From sequence record MW749008.1: a DNA stretch of 40,000 bases, one strand, 5' to 3'. Below the pieces are notes generated by a model. The model was not told where the DNA came from. It worked only from the letters and a program-made list of their open reading frames with translations, and ran no database searches. Shown here piece by piece: positions 25,161-34,958 of this stretch; within the stretch, counting starts at the first letter, position 1; every line of letters begins with the position of its first letter. The translations under genes were made by a program, and so were the position numbers. The stretch is from Hafnia phage vB_HpaM_Meifeng.

Positions 25161-25403
25161 TTTTATGACACAAATTTGGCACAGTAGAGAATTACCGCAG
25201 GCCACCAAGCTGATGATCTGCGATAGTGCTCTCTCCCTCCATCTTCTCCCCCAACATTTGACGCGGTATTCGCTGTGGGCTATATTCTCGATGCACCTGC
25301 AAAATCAGGTGTCGGGATTTGCAACCCGCCGAGAATTCTACCGCGACCAAATGACACGCCGCGAGCGTGTTTTTTTATGTCGTGCACTTAGTCACATCTC
25401 AAT

Positions 25404-25503
25404 GGTGGGCTAGGTGGGGGAGCCGAAAGGCTCGCCGGTTGGTAGATTCCGGTATTGCAAACCCCATCTAGTTCACCACCAGAGATTTGCAACTTCGGTG
25501 GTG
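25404..25503 (+). ncRNA. C4-like antisense RNA
   Basis: 16-bp stem GGTGGGCTAGGTGGGG (25404-25419)/CCCCATCTAGTTCACC (25462-25477), hairpin GAGCC-GAAA-GGCTC, CCGG/CCGG hairpin, and CACCACC/GGTGGTG hairpin; precedes an antirepressor-like ORF as in P1/P7-type systems. Confidence 0.75.
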
Positions 25504-25534
25504 ATAACAACAAAATCTACCACTGGAATTCATC

Positions 25535-26203
25535 ATGACCACTCACATTTCTGTTGAAACCCTATCCCCAATCACGCATAAAAACACTCCAGTTATAACT
25601 ACTGAGTTATTGGCAAAACTGTATGGCACCGACACCAATAACATAAAAGTAAACTACACTCGGAACGCCGATAGATTTATTTGTGGTAAACACTACTTCA
25701 AGCTGGAGGGCGCTGCTCTAAGGGAGTTTAAGGACAAGGTTACTCAAAGTAACTTAGTCGCATCCAGAGCTAAGCACCTAATACTTTGGACGGAACGCGG
25801 CGCTGCCAGACACGCAAAAATGCTGGAAACAGATCAGGCGTGGGAAGTATTCGAGAAGCTGGAAGATTGCTATTTCGGCCAGAAAGAAAATAGCCAAGAA
25901 GTAGCTCCAGTAAAACCACAAACTCATACGATCACCCTGTCAGACGAAGAGTTCTGTTCTCTATGCTATCTATGGAGCACAGCAGACAAAATGCGAACTG
26001 ACGCTAGGAAACTCTACCCCATACTCGTAGACCTCGGATCAAAGTATGCTGGTCGCTTTTACGATATTGGACACGAGTTCAACTATACGCTAAACAATGC
26101 ACAGAAGGCCCTAGCGCGTGAATCAATGCGCATTGAGCATCAGCAGCGTATCTCGCAGAACTGGCAGCGCATACTTCCATATCTTCGTGATATTAAGCAT
26201 TAA
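25535..26203 (+). CDS. Antirepressor-like protein (Ant-type)
   Basis: 222 aa directly behind the C4-like RNA; N-terminal PVITTELLAKLYGTDTNNIKVNYTRNADRFICGKHYFKLEG resembles the ORF6N domain of phage antirepressors. Confidence 0.75.
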   Translation: MTTHISVETLSPITHKNTPVITTELLAKLYGTDTNNIKVNYTRNADRFICGKHYFKLEGAALREFKDKVTQSNLVASRAKHLILWTERGAARHAKMLETDQAWEVFEKLEDCYFGQKENSQEVAPVKPQTHTITLSDEEFCSLCYLWSTADKMRTDARKLYPILVDLGSKYAGRFYDIGHEFNYTLNNAQKALARESMRIEHQQRISQNWQRILPYLRDIKH

Positions 26204-26211
26204 CAAAAGTT

Positions 26212-26256
26212 AAAAGTGGAGCAATGTAGTTAATTATTCTTAATTGCTCCACTTTT
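26212..26256. terminator. Bidirectional terminator between convergent genes
   Basis: Perfect inverted repeat AAAAGTGGAGCAAT ... ATTGCTCCACTTTT (26212-26225 / 26243-26256). Confidence 0.85.
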
Positions 26257-26290
26257 AAAGGCTTAAAATCATATATCATGGAATTAGAAC

Positions 26291-26944
26291 TCAAATATCT
26301 TTTGGATTATTAAAATCTAATGATAATATCTTTTTCCCAATAGATTTTTTACCATCAATAATAATACTACTTTCTATGAGATTACCATTCCCTGATGAAG
26401 CAGTAACTATTTTTATTTTTCTTTTGTTTACATCATTGTTCATAACATCAAGAGTCACTTCGCAAGTTACCGAGCCATTAACATCTCCACATGACTCTTT
26501 ATATTGGTTATCTGGTAAAGACTTTCCGGAAATATTTTTATACATTTCCATAGAGAAGAACTTTGACACTGATTTTGCATAGAATTTGTCCTCTCTATTC
26601 TCATAAATCATAGATGCTATACCACACTCTTGATCATTCAGCTTCAAGGAGTTGTATGTAGATTTACATGAGTTATATATAGACCTTAATGCTAGTCTGG
26701 CGTATTTAGCTCCATCATTACCCTTTAAAGCAGACTTAGCCCTCCTTGTTTCACCCGGAGCGTAATCATCTGACTTCAAGTCATACATTGCCTTTTGTAC
26801 TGCAATTTCGTATAGCTTTTCCTGTAAAAACTCAGCTTTCTCCATCTTTAGGGTTGGGTGCTCAGTCAAATAATCCGCATAGCTCCCTGACCCAGCAAAG
26901 ACGAACGATGTGAAAAAAAATAGCGGTAAAATATAAATTTTCAT
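26291..26944 (-). CDS. Secreted/periplasmic hypothetical moron protein
   Basis: MKIYILPLFFFTSFVFAGSGSYADYL signal peptide; AT-rich, own orientation, flanked by hairpins. Confidence 0.65.
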   Translation of the reverse strand: MKIYILPLFFFTSFVFAGSGSYADYLTEHPTLKMEKAEFLQEKLYEIAVQKAMYDLKSDDYAPGETRRAKSALKGNDGAKYARLALRSIYNSCKSTYNSLKLNDQECGIASMIYENREDKFYAKSVSKFFSMEMYKNISGKSLPDNQYKESCGDVNGSVTCEVTLDVMNNDVNKRKIKIVTASSGNGNLIESSIIIDGKKSIGKKILSLDFNNPKDI

Positions 26945-27087
26945 ATTTTTGGCAATCGCAATCAGCGATGCGCTCTCCGTTTTTGTAGGTTTTGATGCCA
27001 TTTATCTTAACTTTTTAACCACTACGATCAATCACTTTGGTAAAAAACTTACCAGAAGTGCTACCGTTAACCACCCAGCCGAACCCG

Positions 27088-27115
27088 ATGTTACCCTCAC
27101 TTATGAGGGTAACAT
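27088..27115. repeat. Perfect 12-bp inverted repeat upstream of gtrA
   Basis: ATGTTACCCTCA-CTTA-TGAGGGTAACAT, not followed by a T-tract on the plus strand. Confidence 0.85.
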
Positions 27116-27187
27116 ACGATCAATAGCTGATCAGAAGCTTCTCAAGTGCTAAACTCAGCCATCACTCAAAATTACTCTTATTGACAA

Positions 27188-27550
27188 ATGCTTAAGCTTT
27201 TAACCAAATACGCCTCTATCGGCGTTATCAATACAGCAATCCATTGGATAGTCTTTGGGTTGCTTTGTTATCTGCTTGGGACAACCCAAGCCGCCGCCAA
27301 CCTCGCAGGGTTCTGTGTTGCAGTTACATTTTCTTTTTATGCGAATGCCCACTTCACTTTCAAAAAAAAAGCAACTGGGAAAAGATATTTTGCGTTCGTG
27401 ACTTTCATGGGGCTAATCAGTTTTCTAACTGGCCATCTGTCTGATGTATTCAAACTGCCACCAATTGCAACATTCTTAATATTTTCTCCAGCAAGCGTAA
27501 TTATTGGCTTTGTATATTTTAATTTCATTGTCTTCAAGGGTGATAAATAA
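27188..27550 (+). CDS. gtrA: GtrA-like bactoprenol-linked glucose translocase
   Basis: [25 protein letters not shown]...[24 protein letters not shown] is the GtrA family pattern. Confidence 0.92.
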   Translation: MLKLLTKYASIGVINTAIHWIVFGLLCYLLGTTQAAANLAGFCVAVTFSFYANAHFTFKKKATGKRYFAFVTFMGLISFLTGHLSDVFKLPPIATFLIFSPASVIIGFVYFNFIVFKGDK

Positions 27551-28491
27551 TGAAGATTTCTTTAGTTGTTCCAGTATATAACGAAGAAGATACTATACAT
27601 ATCTTCTATGAAGCTGTGCGAAGTAATCCTGAACTAAAAGATAATGATTTTGAGATAATATTTATTAACGACGGAAGCAAGGACTCGACTGAAGCTATAA
27701 TTAAATCTATTGCTATAGCTGACCCATTGGTTAAGGCAATTAGCTTTACTAGAAACTTTGGCAAGGAGGCTGCATTATTTGCTGGGTTAGAGAGTTCAAC
27801 TGGTGATGCAGTTATTCCTATCGACGTTGATCTTCAGCATCCAATAGAGGTTATCCCTAAATTAATTGAAAAGTGGAAAAATGGCGCGGATGTCGTGCTA
27901 GCAAAAAGTACTGAGCGCTACACTGATGGTTTCCTCAAGCGTAAAACAACTAGTTGGTTTTACCGTTTTCATAACAAAATTAGCAACCCTAAGATTGAGG
28001 AAAACGCAGGCGACTTCCGCCTTATGTCCAGAGAAACAGTAAATAATATTATAAGTCTACCAGAAAGAAATCTTTTTATGAAAGGTGTCTTTGCGTGGGT
28101 TGGAGGAAATGTTGAGGTTGTTGAATATACACAAGCTCAGAGATCTGCAGGAAAATCAAAGTTTAATGGCTGGAAACTGTGGAACCTAGCTTTAGAAGGT
28201 ATAACTAGTTTTTCTACTCTGCCGCTTAGAATATGGACATACATTGGATTAACAGTGTCAGCATTGTCATTCATTTACGCAGCATGGATGATTATTGATA
28301 AATTATTATGGGGAAACCCAGTACCCGGATACCCATCATTAATGATAACAATTCTATTTCTTGGCGGCGTGCAGTTAATAGGTATCGGTGTATTAGGAGA
28401 ATATATTGGAAGAATTTATATAGAAACCAAAGGTCGCCCTCGTTTTTTAATTAAAAAATCATCCAATGGTGATATAGATGCTAAGCGATAA
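27550..28491 (+). CDS. gtrB: GtrB bactoprenol glucosyltransferase
   Basis: [52 protein letters not shown]; two C-terminal TM helices. Confidence 0.93.
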   Translation: MKISLVVPVYNEEDTIHIFYEAVRSNPELKDNDFEIIFINDGSKDSTEAIIKSIAIADPLVKAISFTRNFGKEAALFAGLESSTGDAVIPIDVDLQHPIEVIPKLIEKWKNGADVVLAKSTERYTDGFLKRKTTSWFYRFHNKISNPKIEENAGDFRLMSRETVNNIISLPERNLFMKGVFAWVGGNVEVVEYTQAQRSAGKSKFNGWKLWNLALEGITSFSTLPLRIWTYIGLTVSALSFIYAAWMIIDKLLWGNPVPGYPSLMITILFLGGVQLIGIGVLGEYIGRIYIETKGRPRFLIKKSSNGDIDAKR

Positions 28492-29905
28492 TAAAAAATA
28501 TTTAATTTCAGCATGGTCTTTGACCATGCTTTACTATCTTCCAATTATGATGGCCTCAGTGTATTACAGAGACGATCTTGAAAGGTCTTTTGGTGGGTAT
28601 TTTGGGTGGGCTGAAACTGGCAGACCTGGTGCGGAATTCTTATTTTCAGCACTAACATTAAGCACTGATAAATCATTAGACATATTTCCATATTCTATCA
28701 TTCTTTCTGCGTCTTTCATTGCTTTATCAGCATATTTTGTGATGGTGCTTCTGAATAGAAATAACATAAAGCACGCATCATTTATTTCATTTTTGTTTAT
28801 ATTTAACCCTTTTTATCTTCAAAACGTCTCATACAGATACGATAGTTTCGGGATGTCACTTGCTGTTCTTTTAACTGTTTATTCTTATGTTTTCTTACAT
28901 AAAAACAAATTATTAGAGATGGTAATTACAGCAATACTATTAACTGCAGGACTATCAATATATCAGCAATGCTCAAATATTTTTATCGCATTGGTCGGTG
29001 TGGAATTATTATCTTGCTATAAACACAACAGTATTAAACAATGCATTTACAGATGTATAAATAGGGTATCCTGCTATATATTAGCTTGGGTTTTCTATGT
29101 ATTCGTTATAGCTAAATTATTTAACAGGTACACTGGTAGAGCTGAGCTTATAAAATTTGACTCTAATGCATTCAATGCTTTATATGAAAATTTACATATG
29201 CTTTTAGAGCTTGTATCATCATATTTCAATGAGATTTCATTATATCTATTCTTGATATTGATAATTTCATGCGTTTTAACTATCATAATTAAAACGGTAA
29301 ATGATAGAGACATAACAAAAACAGCATTTGTTTTAATAATGTCATTATTTGCATTTTTAATTTCACTTATGGGGCCGTCTATACTTTTGTTGAACGCTCC
29401 TGTAGTCCCAAGATCACTAGTATCATTTTCAATATTATATATATTAATAGCAATACCAATGTCATATTCTAGTGCTAGAATAATATATTTATCTATTATT
29501 CCTGCGTTCGTCTCCATGACATTTAGCGCTAAACTCGGTAATTTTTACTCAATCCAAAATAAATTTGAAGATGTAGTATTCACGCAACTATCTTATGATT
29601 TATCAAAAATAAAAGGAGTAAACTCTATCGAATTTTCTGGTAGTGTATCATTATCACCTAGAGCTAAAATATATTATGAAAGCACTCCACTACTGAGCTA
29701 CTTCCAGTTCCCAGCAACACAGTGGATGGCAGCTTACAAGCTAAAAGAAAAATTGATAGATAATGTTGCATCCGGCTACGGCTCGGAAAAAAAGAACACA
29801 CTTATCACAAACAATCTTATATCTAAAAATTCACGACCAATATCATCATCAAGCAGTTACGACATCTACGTTAATGACGCAACTGCATTTGTAAGATTTA
29901 AATGA
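28478..29905 (+). CDS. Serotype-specific glucosyltransferase (GtrII-like multi-TM)
   Basis: 475 aa multi-TM protein with DD near the N-terminus ([16 protein letters not shown]) in the gtrC position; AT-rich. Confidence 0.8.
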   Translation: MLSDNKKYLISAWSLTMLYYLPIMMASVYYRDDLERSFGGYFGWAETGRPGAEFLFSALTLSTDKSLDIFPYSIILSASFIALSAYFVMVLLNRNNIKHASFISFLFIFNPFYLQNVSYRYDSFGMSLAVLLTVYSYVFLHKNKLLEMVITAILLTAGLSIYQQCSNIFIALVGVELLSCYKHNSIKQCIYRCINRVSCYILAWVFYVFVIAKLFNRYTGRAELIKFDSNAFNALYENLHMLLELVSSYFNEISLYLFLILIISCVLTIIIKTVNDRDITKTAFVLIMSLFAFLISLMGPSILLLNAPVVPRSLVSFSILYILIAIPMSYSSARIIYLSIIPAFVSMTFSAKLGNFYSIQNKFEDVVFTQLSYDLSKIKGVNSIEFSGSVSLSPRAKIYYESTPLLSYFQFPATQWMAAYKLKEKLIDNVASGYGSEKKNTLITNNLISKNSRPISSSSSYDIYVNDATAFVRFK

Positions 29906-29935
29906 AATATATAGCCCACTTTATAGTGGGCTATA

Positions 29936-31846
29936 TCATATTGGATACGTTGATTTATTTATTATATTAATTACAGATGAAATTGATACCTGCCTAGATG
30001 ATGAGTTTGAGACATCAGCCCATCTCGCGTACCTCGTTGTTCCATCAATGAATGTTAGCAGGAATTTTGCTTTATTATATCCAACAACATCAACAAACAC
30101 GTCGTACAATTGCTTTGCATTATTCTGCGTTGCATAGAAAAACATATACATGCCTCCTACGACTGATGAACTTTTACCACCTCTCACACCATACATTTCT
30201 GAAATATCAAGCTCCACATCTGATGTGGACGAGCTAGTAACAGTACATGTAATTGAAAAGCTTAATTGATTCAAAAATATTCCTGATGATAGAGTTTGTG
30301 TTGAAATAGATACGCCATCAGCAGGCGAAAGTTTGACACCAGAACTTCCTCCAATATTACCTCCTGACTTCATAACTTGTGCATACCCATAACCACTAAA
30401 ATGATTTAAAGCTATGCCAGAACCTTTCTCAAAACTAATCCATACATCTGTAGCATTTTCTGGTTTGCTAACAGATAAATTACTATAAGTTACATCCTGA
30501 GCGGAAGTAATAACTGGAAGTGTGCTCTTAGGAACTGAATCGTATAGCGATGGTAAAATTAATATAAAATCAAATGAACAATCAAATGCATCGTTTATTA
30601 ATCCAACTCCACCGTTGGTTCTAGATGGCTGGTTATTGATATTTTTTCTAACTGGTGTATCCAATATTAGATTTGAATAGTTAGAAAAGCCTCCGTTCTC
30701 TGTAATTACGATACCAACATTCATTTTACCCATCACGCCTACACGATTATCAACAGTGTTTCCCCATGGATGAAATTTATCTAGAGAGTTACCACTCTTA
30801 TTAAACTTTCCACCGATTGAATAACCCACTGGCGAAATTTCACTAAACCAACTGTCAGTTGAATTACTTTCAAACCCCACGGAGTTATCAAGTCTTGTAT
30901 TTGCTACAACCATCGTGAATTTGCTGGCTTTTCCTTCGTAATTGTTCGTCTCATAGAACCCGCCATTATTAAAACCGATGATTGCCCCACCCTCATACGT
31001 CCATCCGTAGCAATGCTGAACACATACACCAATTGCATTCACGCCGACTGTGTAATCAGATGCTTCCAGTCGCAGGCCATAGCAGTTCGTCTTGTTAGCT
31101 CGCGTGAAATGGTCGGTATTATCGTATACAGGCGTATCAGCACCACCATCCATGATGTACCCATAGGTTGCAGTCAGCCCAGCGGGTACAATTGCTCGAT
31201 GCTCATTCCAGTACACCGTCACCTTTGGCTTATGCATGATCGGGATTGTGCTGAAAGTGATGTCTTCATTCACATACAGGACGCCGCCGCCATTTTCTGA
31301 CATCTCAGTCATAGCAGCATTAAAGCCATCCTCACCCTCACCCCATCCGCGAACGTCTCCTTCATCTCTCCAGCGAGCAATCTGTAATTCTGGGTACTTC
31401 GTTGCACCATCCGGATCGGATATCTGCCCTCTCAGAGTCGAATCACCCACGCTCAGCCATTTACCAGCACCGATGCCGCCTGTTGAGTCTGGCGTTGATG
31501 CTGCGGGAACTTCCTTAGAAAATGTGCCAGTCCAGTAATACCAGCTTTTACTATTATCATCCCAGATGAAGTCCCGTTCAGACTCTAAGGTGGCACCATT
31601 AAGGAACGTGCTCTTGCCGTCAATTAGATATTCAACTTTGTCGTTTACATCTTCAACTGATGGCGCTCCAAGATTAGCTCTGGCTTGTTCAGCATTCTCA
31701 AGTTCTGATAGGTTATTTTTAGCTCTTAAAAAGTGGGTAACCGGCAATTGCTGGTCTGTTTCGTTCTGGTTAACTAGCAGTACTGCTGTATCAATCGTAT
31801 CTGTTGCTTCAGGTAGCTGTGTGAGTTTTACTTTTTGTTCTGCCAT
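29936..31846 (-). CDS. Tail spike / receptor-binding protein
   Basis: 636 aa; N-terminal NNLSELENAEQARANLGA fiber motif, central predicted beta-helix-like region; last gene of the tail module. Confidence 0.8.
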   Translation of the reverse strand: MAEQKVKLTQLPEATDTIDTAVLLVNQNETDQQLPVTHFLRAKNNLSELENAEQARANLGAPSVEDVNDKVEYLIDGKSTFLNGATLESERDFIWDDNSKSWYYWTGTFSKEVPAASTPDSTGGIGAGKWLSVGDSTLRGQISDPDGATKYPELQIARWRDEGDVRGWGEGEDGFNAAMTEMSENGGGVLYVNEDITFSTIPIMHKPKVTVYWNEHRAIVPAGLTATYGYIMDGGADTPVYDNTDHFTRANKTNCYGLRLEASDYTVGVNAIGVCVQHCYGWTYEGGAIIGFNNGGFYETNNYEGKASKFTMVVANTRLDNSVGFESNSTDSWFSEISPVGYSIGGKFNKSGNSLDKFHPWGNTVDNRVGVMGKMNVGIVITENGGFSNYSNLILDTPVRKNINNQPSRTNGGVGLINDAFDCSFDFILILPSLYDSVPKSTLPVITSAQDVTYSNLSVSKPENATDVWISFEKGSGIALNHFSGYGYAQVMKSGGNIGGSSGVKLSPADGVSISTQTLSSGIFLNQLSFSITCTVTSSSTSDVELDISEMYGVRGGKSSSVVGGMYMFFYATQNNAKQLYDVFVDVVGYNKAKFLLTFIDGTTRYARWADVSNSSSRQVSISSVINIINKSTYPI

Positions 31847-32490
31847 TATGCGGTCCTATACCAGCCAGCGAGTTTAATAAATGAGTTGGTTATATTTGCT
31901 TGAGCTCCAGATCCTGATGTCCCCGAGCTCCCTTTCACATCATGGAGATGAGCACCAATGTCTACCTGATGCACATGATCGCCAGCCGAAGCAGTATTCT
32001 GGCTGCCCCAAGTACCAGTAGATCCACCTGATACAGCTCGGTTATTAGGGTTAAGCAACATAATGTTTTGCATTGAATGAACGTGGGAACCAGCGTTATG
32101 TGTAGTCTTTGAACCATAATCAAACTGGCTGGTTTTCAGGTCTATTGGGTGAGAGTGTTGGGGGAGATTAGCCTCAGTTAGCGTCAGATTGTCGCTACCA
32201 CCGGTCTGTAGAACGTCACTGCCTGTCGCGTTTGCCAAGCGGATTGTTCTCCCGTTACCGGGTAATCTAGCCCACGTAGAGCCAGTCCATATTGTGTTTG
32301 GATTTACATCATTAGCGAACCATTCAACCTTACCGATTGGATATCGCATGTTGAACATTGCGTTTAGCAATACTTCTACAGTGATAGAGCGATCATTCCC
32401 GCTCTGATTGATATGCAACAAGTCTCCTTCATCAGCGCCAGAAGCAGATGAAAGGTCTGTTAGGTACTTAAGTGTAATATCCGCCATCAA
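31846..32490 (-). CDS. Tail fiber/collar-like protein
   Basis: YPIGKVEWFANDVNPNTIWTGSTWARLPGNGRTIRLA...GGSDNLTLTEANLPQHSH is the phage tail-collar-like signature. Confidence 0.82.
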   Translation of the reverse strand: MMADITLKYLTDLSSASGADEGDLLHINQSGNDRSITVEVLLNAMFNMRYPIGKVEWFANDVNPNTIWTGSTWARLPGNGRTIRLANATGSDVLQTGGSDNLTLTEANLPQHSHPIDLKTSQFDYGSKTTHNAGSHVHSMQNIMLLNPNNRAVSGGSTGTWGSQNTASAGDHVHQVDIGAHLHDVKGSSGTSGSGAQANITNSFIKLAGWYRTA

Positions 32491-32723
32491 GCCCCCTCGA
32501 GCGCTGCAATGCGAGCATTGAGATCTGCTATCTGCGCGTACATGTCATTAAGCAAAGTGTTCAAATGATTGGCGGCTAACTTGCTGCCGGCTGAAATGGA
32601 ACCATCTGGCATGCGAACCGGAGGAACAAATCCTTTATCAAGGATTTCATCTGGAATAGGCTCTTTATTGGATTGTCCGTCAGGGTAGGTAACATCGGTG
32701 TTAGCAAAAGAGGTTATAGCCAT
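32487..32723 (-). CDS. Small tail-module protein (C-terminal coiled coil)
   Basis: 78 aa ending ADLNARIAALEGA; operonic. Confidence 0.55.
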   Translation of the reverse strand: MAITSFANTDVTYPDGQSNKEPIPDEILDKGFVPPVRMPDGSISAGSKLAANHLNTLLNDMYAQIADLNARIAALEGA

Positions 32724-32730
32724 TAATTAC

Positions 32731-33498
32731 TCACTTAGGCATCGCGCCACATAGCATTGACCCTGTGACGCCATAGTCACGGGAAAAAATAAGAAGGTAG
32801 TCGTCGTCGGCTACGCCGAGATATGATCCGTTGACTTCAAGAACACCGGATACCGAGCCAGCAGCATCAAGATAAGAGCCACTAATAAAAACAGAACCGC
32901 GATTAAGGCCTAACGCAGTATCATCGCCAACTTGCATTGCTGTATTGGTTCCAACCTGAAGCGCCTGTCCGGAGGAAATATCTATCCCAGCTAATGAAAA
33001 TCCATTTAGACCGTAATCATGGGTCGAGTAAGCCCTAACCCCTGCAACAGAAGCGTGATCGACGATAGCGTTGATGTTTTCTGGTACGTATGGACCTGTT
33101 GCATGCACACTGAATGCTGCTGGTGATAGTTCGACGAGCTCTATATCCGTACTTGAAGTGGCTGTCGCTGTTACGACCATTACGTTATCTGGAGTACCGC
33201 TAAATGCAGTGGCTAACTTTGCCTGCATAATTGCGCGTCTGTAGTCATCATCAGACCGACCATCGCGCCCAACATCGACGTATTCACCAAACCTATCAAG
33301 CTCAATCCCATGCGCGTTATAGATGCTATACGTCAAATAAACGTACTTGGCTCTAGCTTCAATCTCAGGGTGTTGTATTCCCACAGCGGAAAATAACTCT
33401 GGAACCTGATCCCCCTTCTTTAGCCAATTTGTCGGTCTTTCCCGTATTAAGGCGAGGAAATCTACATCAAGCCAATCAGACACCGGTGACCTCCACAT
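32731..33498 (-). CDS. DUF2612-like tail/baseplate protein
   Basis: AKYVYLTYSIYNAHGIELDRFGEYVDVGRDGRSDDDYRRAIMQAKLATAFSGTPDNV; follows the baseplate J gene. Confidence 0.75.
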   Translation of the reverse strand: MWRSPVSDWLDVDFLALIRERPTNWLKKGDQVPELFSAVGIQHPEIEARAKYVYLTYSIYNAHGIELDRFGEYVDVGRDGRSDDDYRRAIMQAKLATAFSGTPDNVMVVTATATSSTDIELVELSPAAFSVHATGPYVPENINAIVDHASVAGVRAYSTHDYGLNGFSLAGIDISSGQALQVGTNTAMQVGDDTALGLNRGSVFISGSYLDAAGSVSGVLEVNGSYLGVADDDYLLIFSRDYGVTGSMLCGAMPK

Positions 33499-34900
33499 TT
33501 GCAGTAGAGAATGATGCGAATGAATTTTCAGGAATCGAAATGTTTGTTTCTGCAAATGTCGTTCCGTCAGAGCTCACTGTTACAGTCATCTTTCCAATTC
33601 CTGTCGTATTGGCGTAGATATATCCGTAAATGCGCTGAGTGATCACATCATCGCCAAGCCCTAAAGTTGCGCCATAAGCAACTACACCCTGCTTGATTGC
33701 ATCGACAACGGCAGATGGTAATGGCTCTTCAGTATCAAGAAGCACCACATCAACCTTCACATAAATATCTATCTCAGTTGGACGCGAGAAATTGACGAGA
33801 TGTGGCCTTTGGTAGCGGTCGTATACAGTAATTGAGATTGAACCGTAGGTAGCAATGCCTGCACCTTTGTATTTCCAGATTGCATCAGCAATATCTTGCT
33901 CAAGCCCTCCTGATACGATGGTATGAATTGCCTTTGGCGGAATACTATCGACAGTGGTCATCGTGTCGTTCTCAATGACCTTGGCTAGGGTAACGCCATT
34001 AACCTCGGTGATTAGCCGCGTTTCAATTGCTGGAACAGTTGCCGCGCCACCCGATGACGAACGGCTTTGATATAAACGTTGCCGGTAGTCAGTATCTGAT
34101 TCACGATCTGAGCCTGTAGCGCCTTGGACAAGGTTGTTTACAGCCGTCCATCCAGTGATGGCGCTTACCGGATTATTCAAACCACCTACAGGAACGACAA
34201 TTGGCCCAGCCTCCGTAGCTTCAAAGATGGCCGGAGATCCAATTAGCTGCCAAGAGAGTCCAGAACTTAATGACACAGAGTAACCTTCAATGAGATTTTC
34301 CGATGTCAGACGGATAACGGAACCATTTGCAGTTGCAGAGTACTGGCTTGTAGCACCAACCACCGCCGCCAGACCGCTTGCTATGCTGTTAACGGTGTCG
34401 CCGCTGATTTTGGTGTACACACAATCTACCCCAGCAATCCGAATGGTATAGGTCGATTGTGTGTTGTTGCTCACGCGAACCTCACCATCGAGCAGAGTTG
34501 ATCTTGTAATCGATGCATCAGATGTCAGGCGAAACTGATAATTACCAAATGAAGCAATGGAACCTGCCGGAACAAGTCGTGACTCTGATCCATAAATAAC
34601 GGCGTTCACTTTTGTCGTGGTTTTACCGTGACGAGTAATTCCGCCCATCCAGTCGCCAATGGCATCAAGCGCGAAACCTTCAGCCGAAGCCAGAAATCGG
34701 CTAGACCACAACTCTTCTTCTGTTTCAAAGTGAATTGCGTTTTGCTCGGCCTCAATACCGATCCACTGTCCGGTGGTCGAATCAGCCTCCCTGTTAATCG
34801 GTCCGACGACCGTTTCCATTGCATCACCGATTTCTTGAACCATCTCCGGTAATGTCGGCTTATCAAAGCCTGTAGCAGTAATGTAATCAGCCATAATCAC
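33476..34900 (-). CDS. Baseplate J-like protein
   Basis: ASAEGFALDAIGDWMGGITRHGKTTT..GSDRESDTDYRQRLYQSRSSSGGAATVPAIETRLITEVNGV matches the baseplate J family. Confidence 0.9.
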   Translation of the reverse strand: MIMADYITATGFDKPTLPEMVQEIGDAMETVVGPINREADSTTGQWIGIEAEQNAIHFETEEELWSSRFLASAEGFALDAIGDWMGGITRHGKTTTKVNAVIYGSESRLVPAGSIASFGNYQFRLTSDASITRSTLLDGEVRVSNNTQSTYTIRIAGVDCVYTKISGDTVNSIASGLAAVVGATSQYSATANGSVIRLTSENLIEGYSVSLSSGLSWQLIGSPAIFEATEAGPIVVPVGGLNNPVSAITGWTAVNNLVQGATGSDRESDTDYRQRLYQSRSSSGGAATVPAIETRLITEVNGVTLAKVIENDTMTTVDSIPPKAIHTIVSGGLEQDIADAIWKYKGAGIATYGSISITVYDRYQRPHLVNFSRPTEIDIYVKVDVVLLDTEEPLPSAVVDAIKQGVVAYGATLGLGDDVITQRIYGYIYANTTGIGKMTVTVSSDGTTFAETNISIPENSFASFSTANVEVTGV

Positions 34901-34958
34901 CTTATTTCAGGCATAAAAAAGCCCCGCACAGTGGCGAGGCATATTGAGTGGTGGGTTA

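Noticed and set aside
29909-29936. Perfect 12-bp inverted repeat ATATAGCCCACT-TTAT-AGTGGGCTATAT after the third gtr gene
   Set aside because: Lies between convergent genes and most simply is a transcription terminator, despite weak T-tracts; not treated as a recombination site.
31013-31877. Plus-strand ORFs opposite the tail spike gene
   Set aside because: Shadow frames of a convincing 636-aa spike gene.
34606-34866. Overlapping ORFs in both strands inside baseplate J
   Set aside because: Baseplate J reading frame is complete and family-recognisable.
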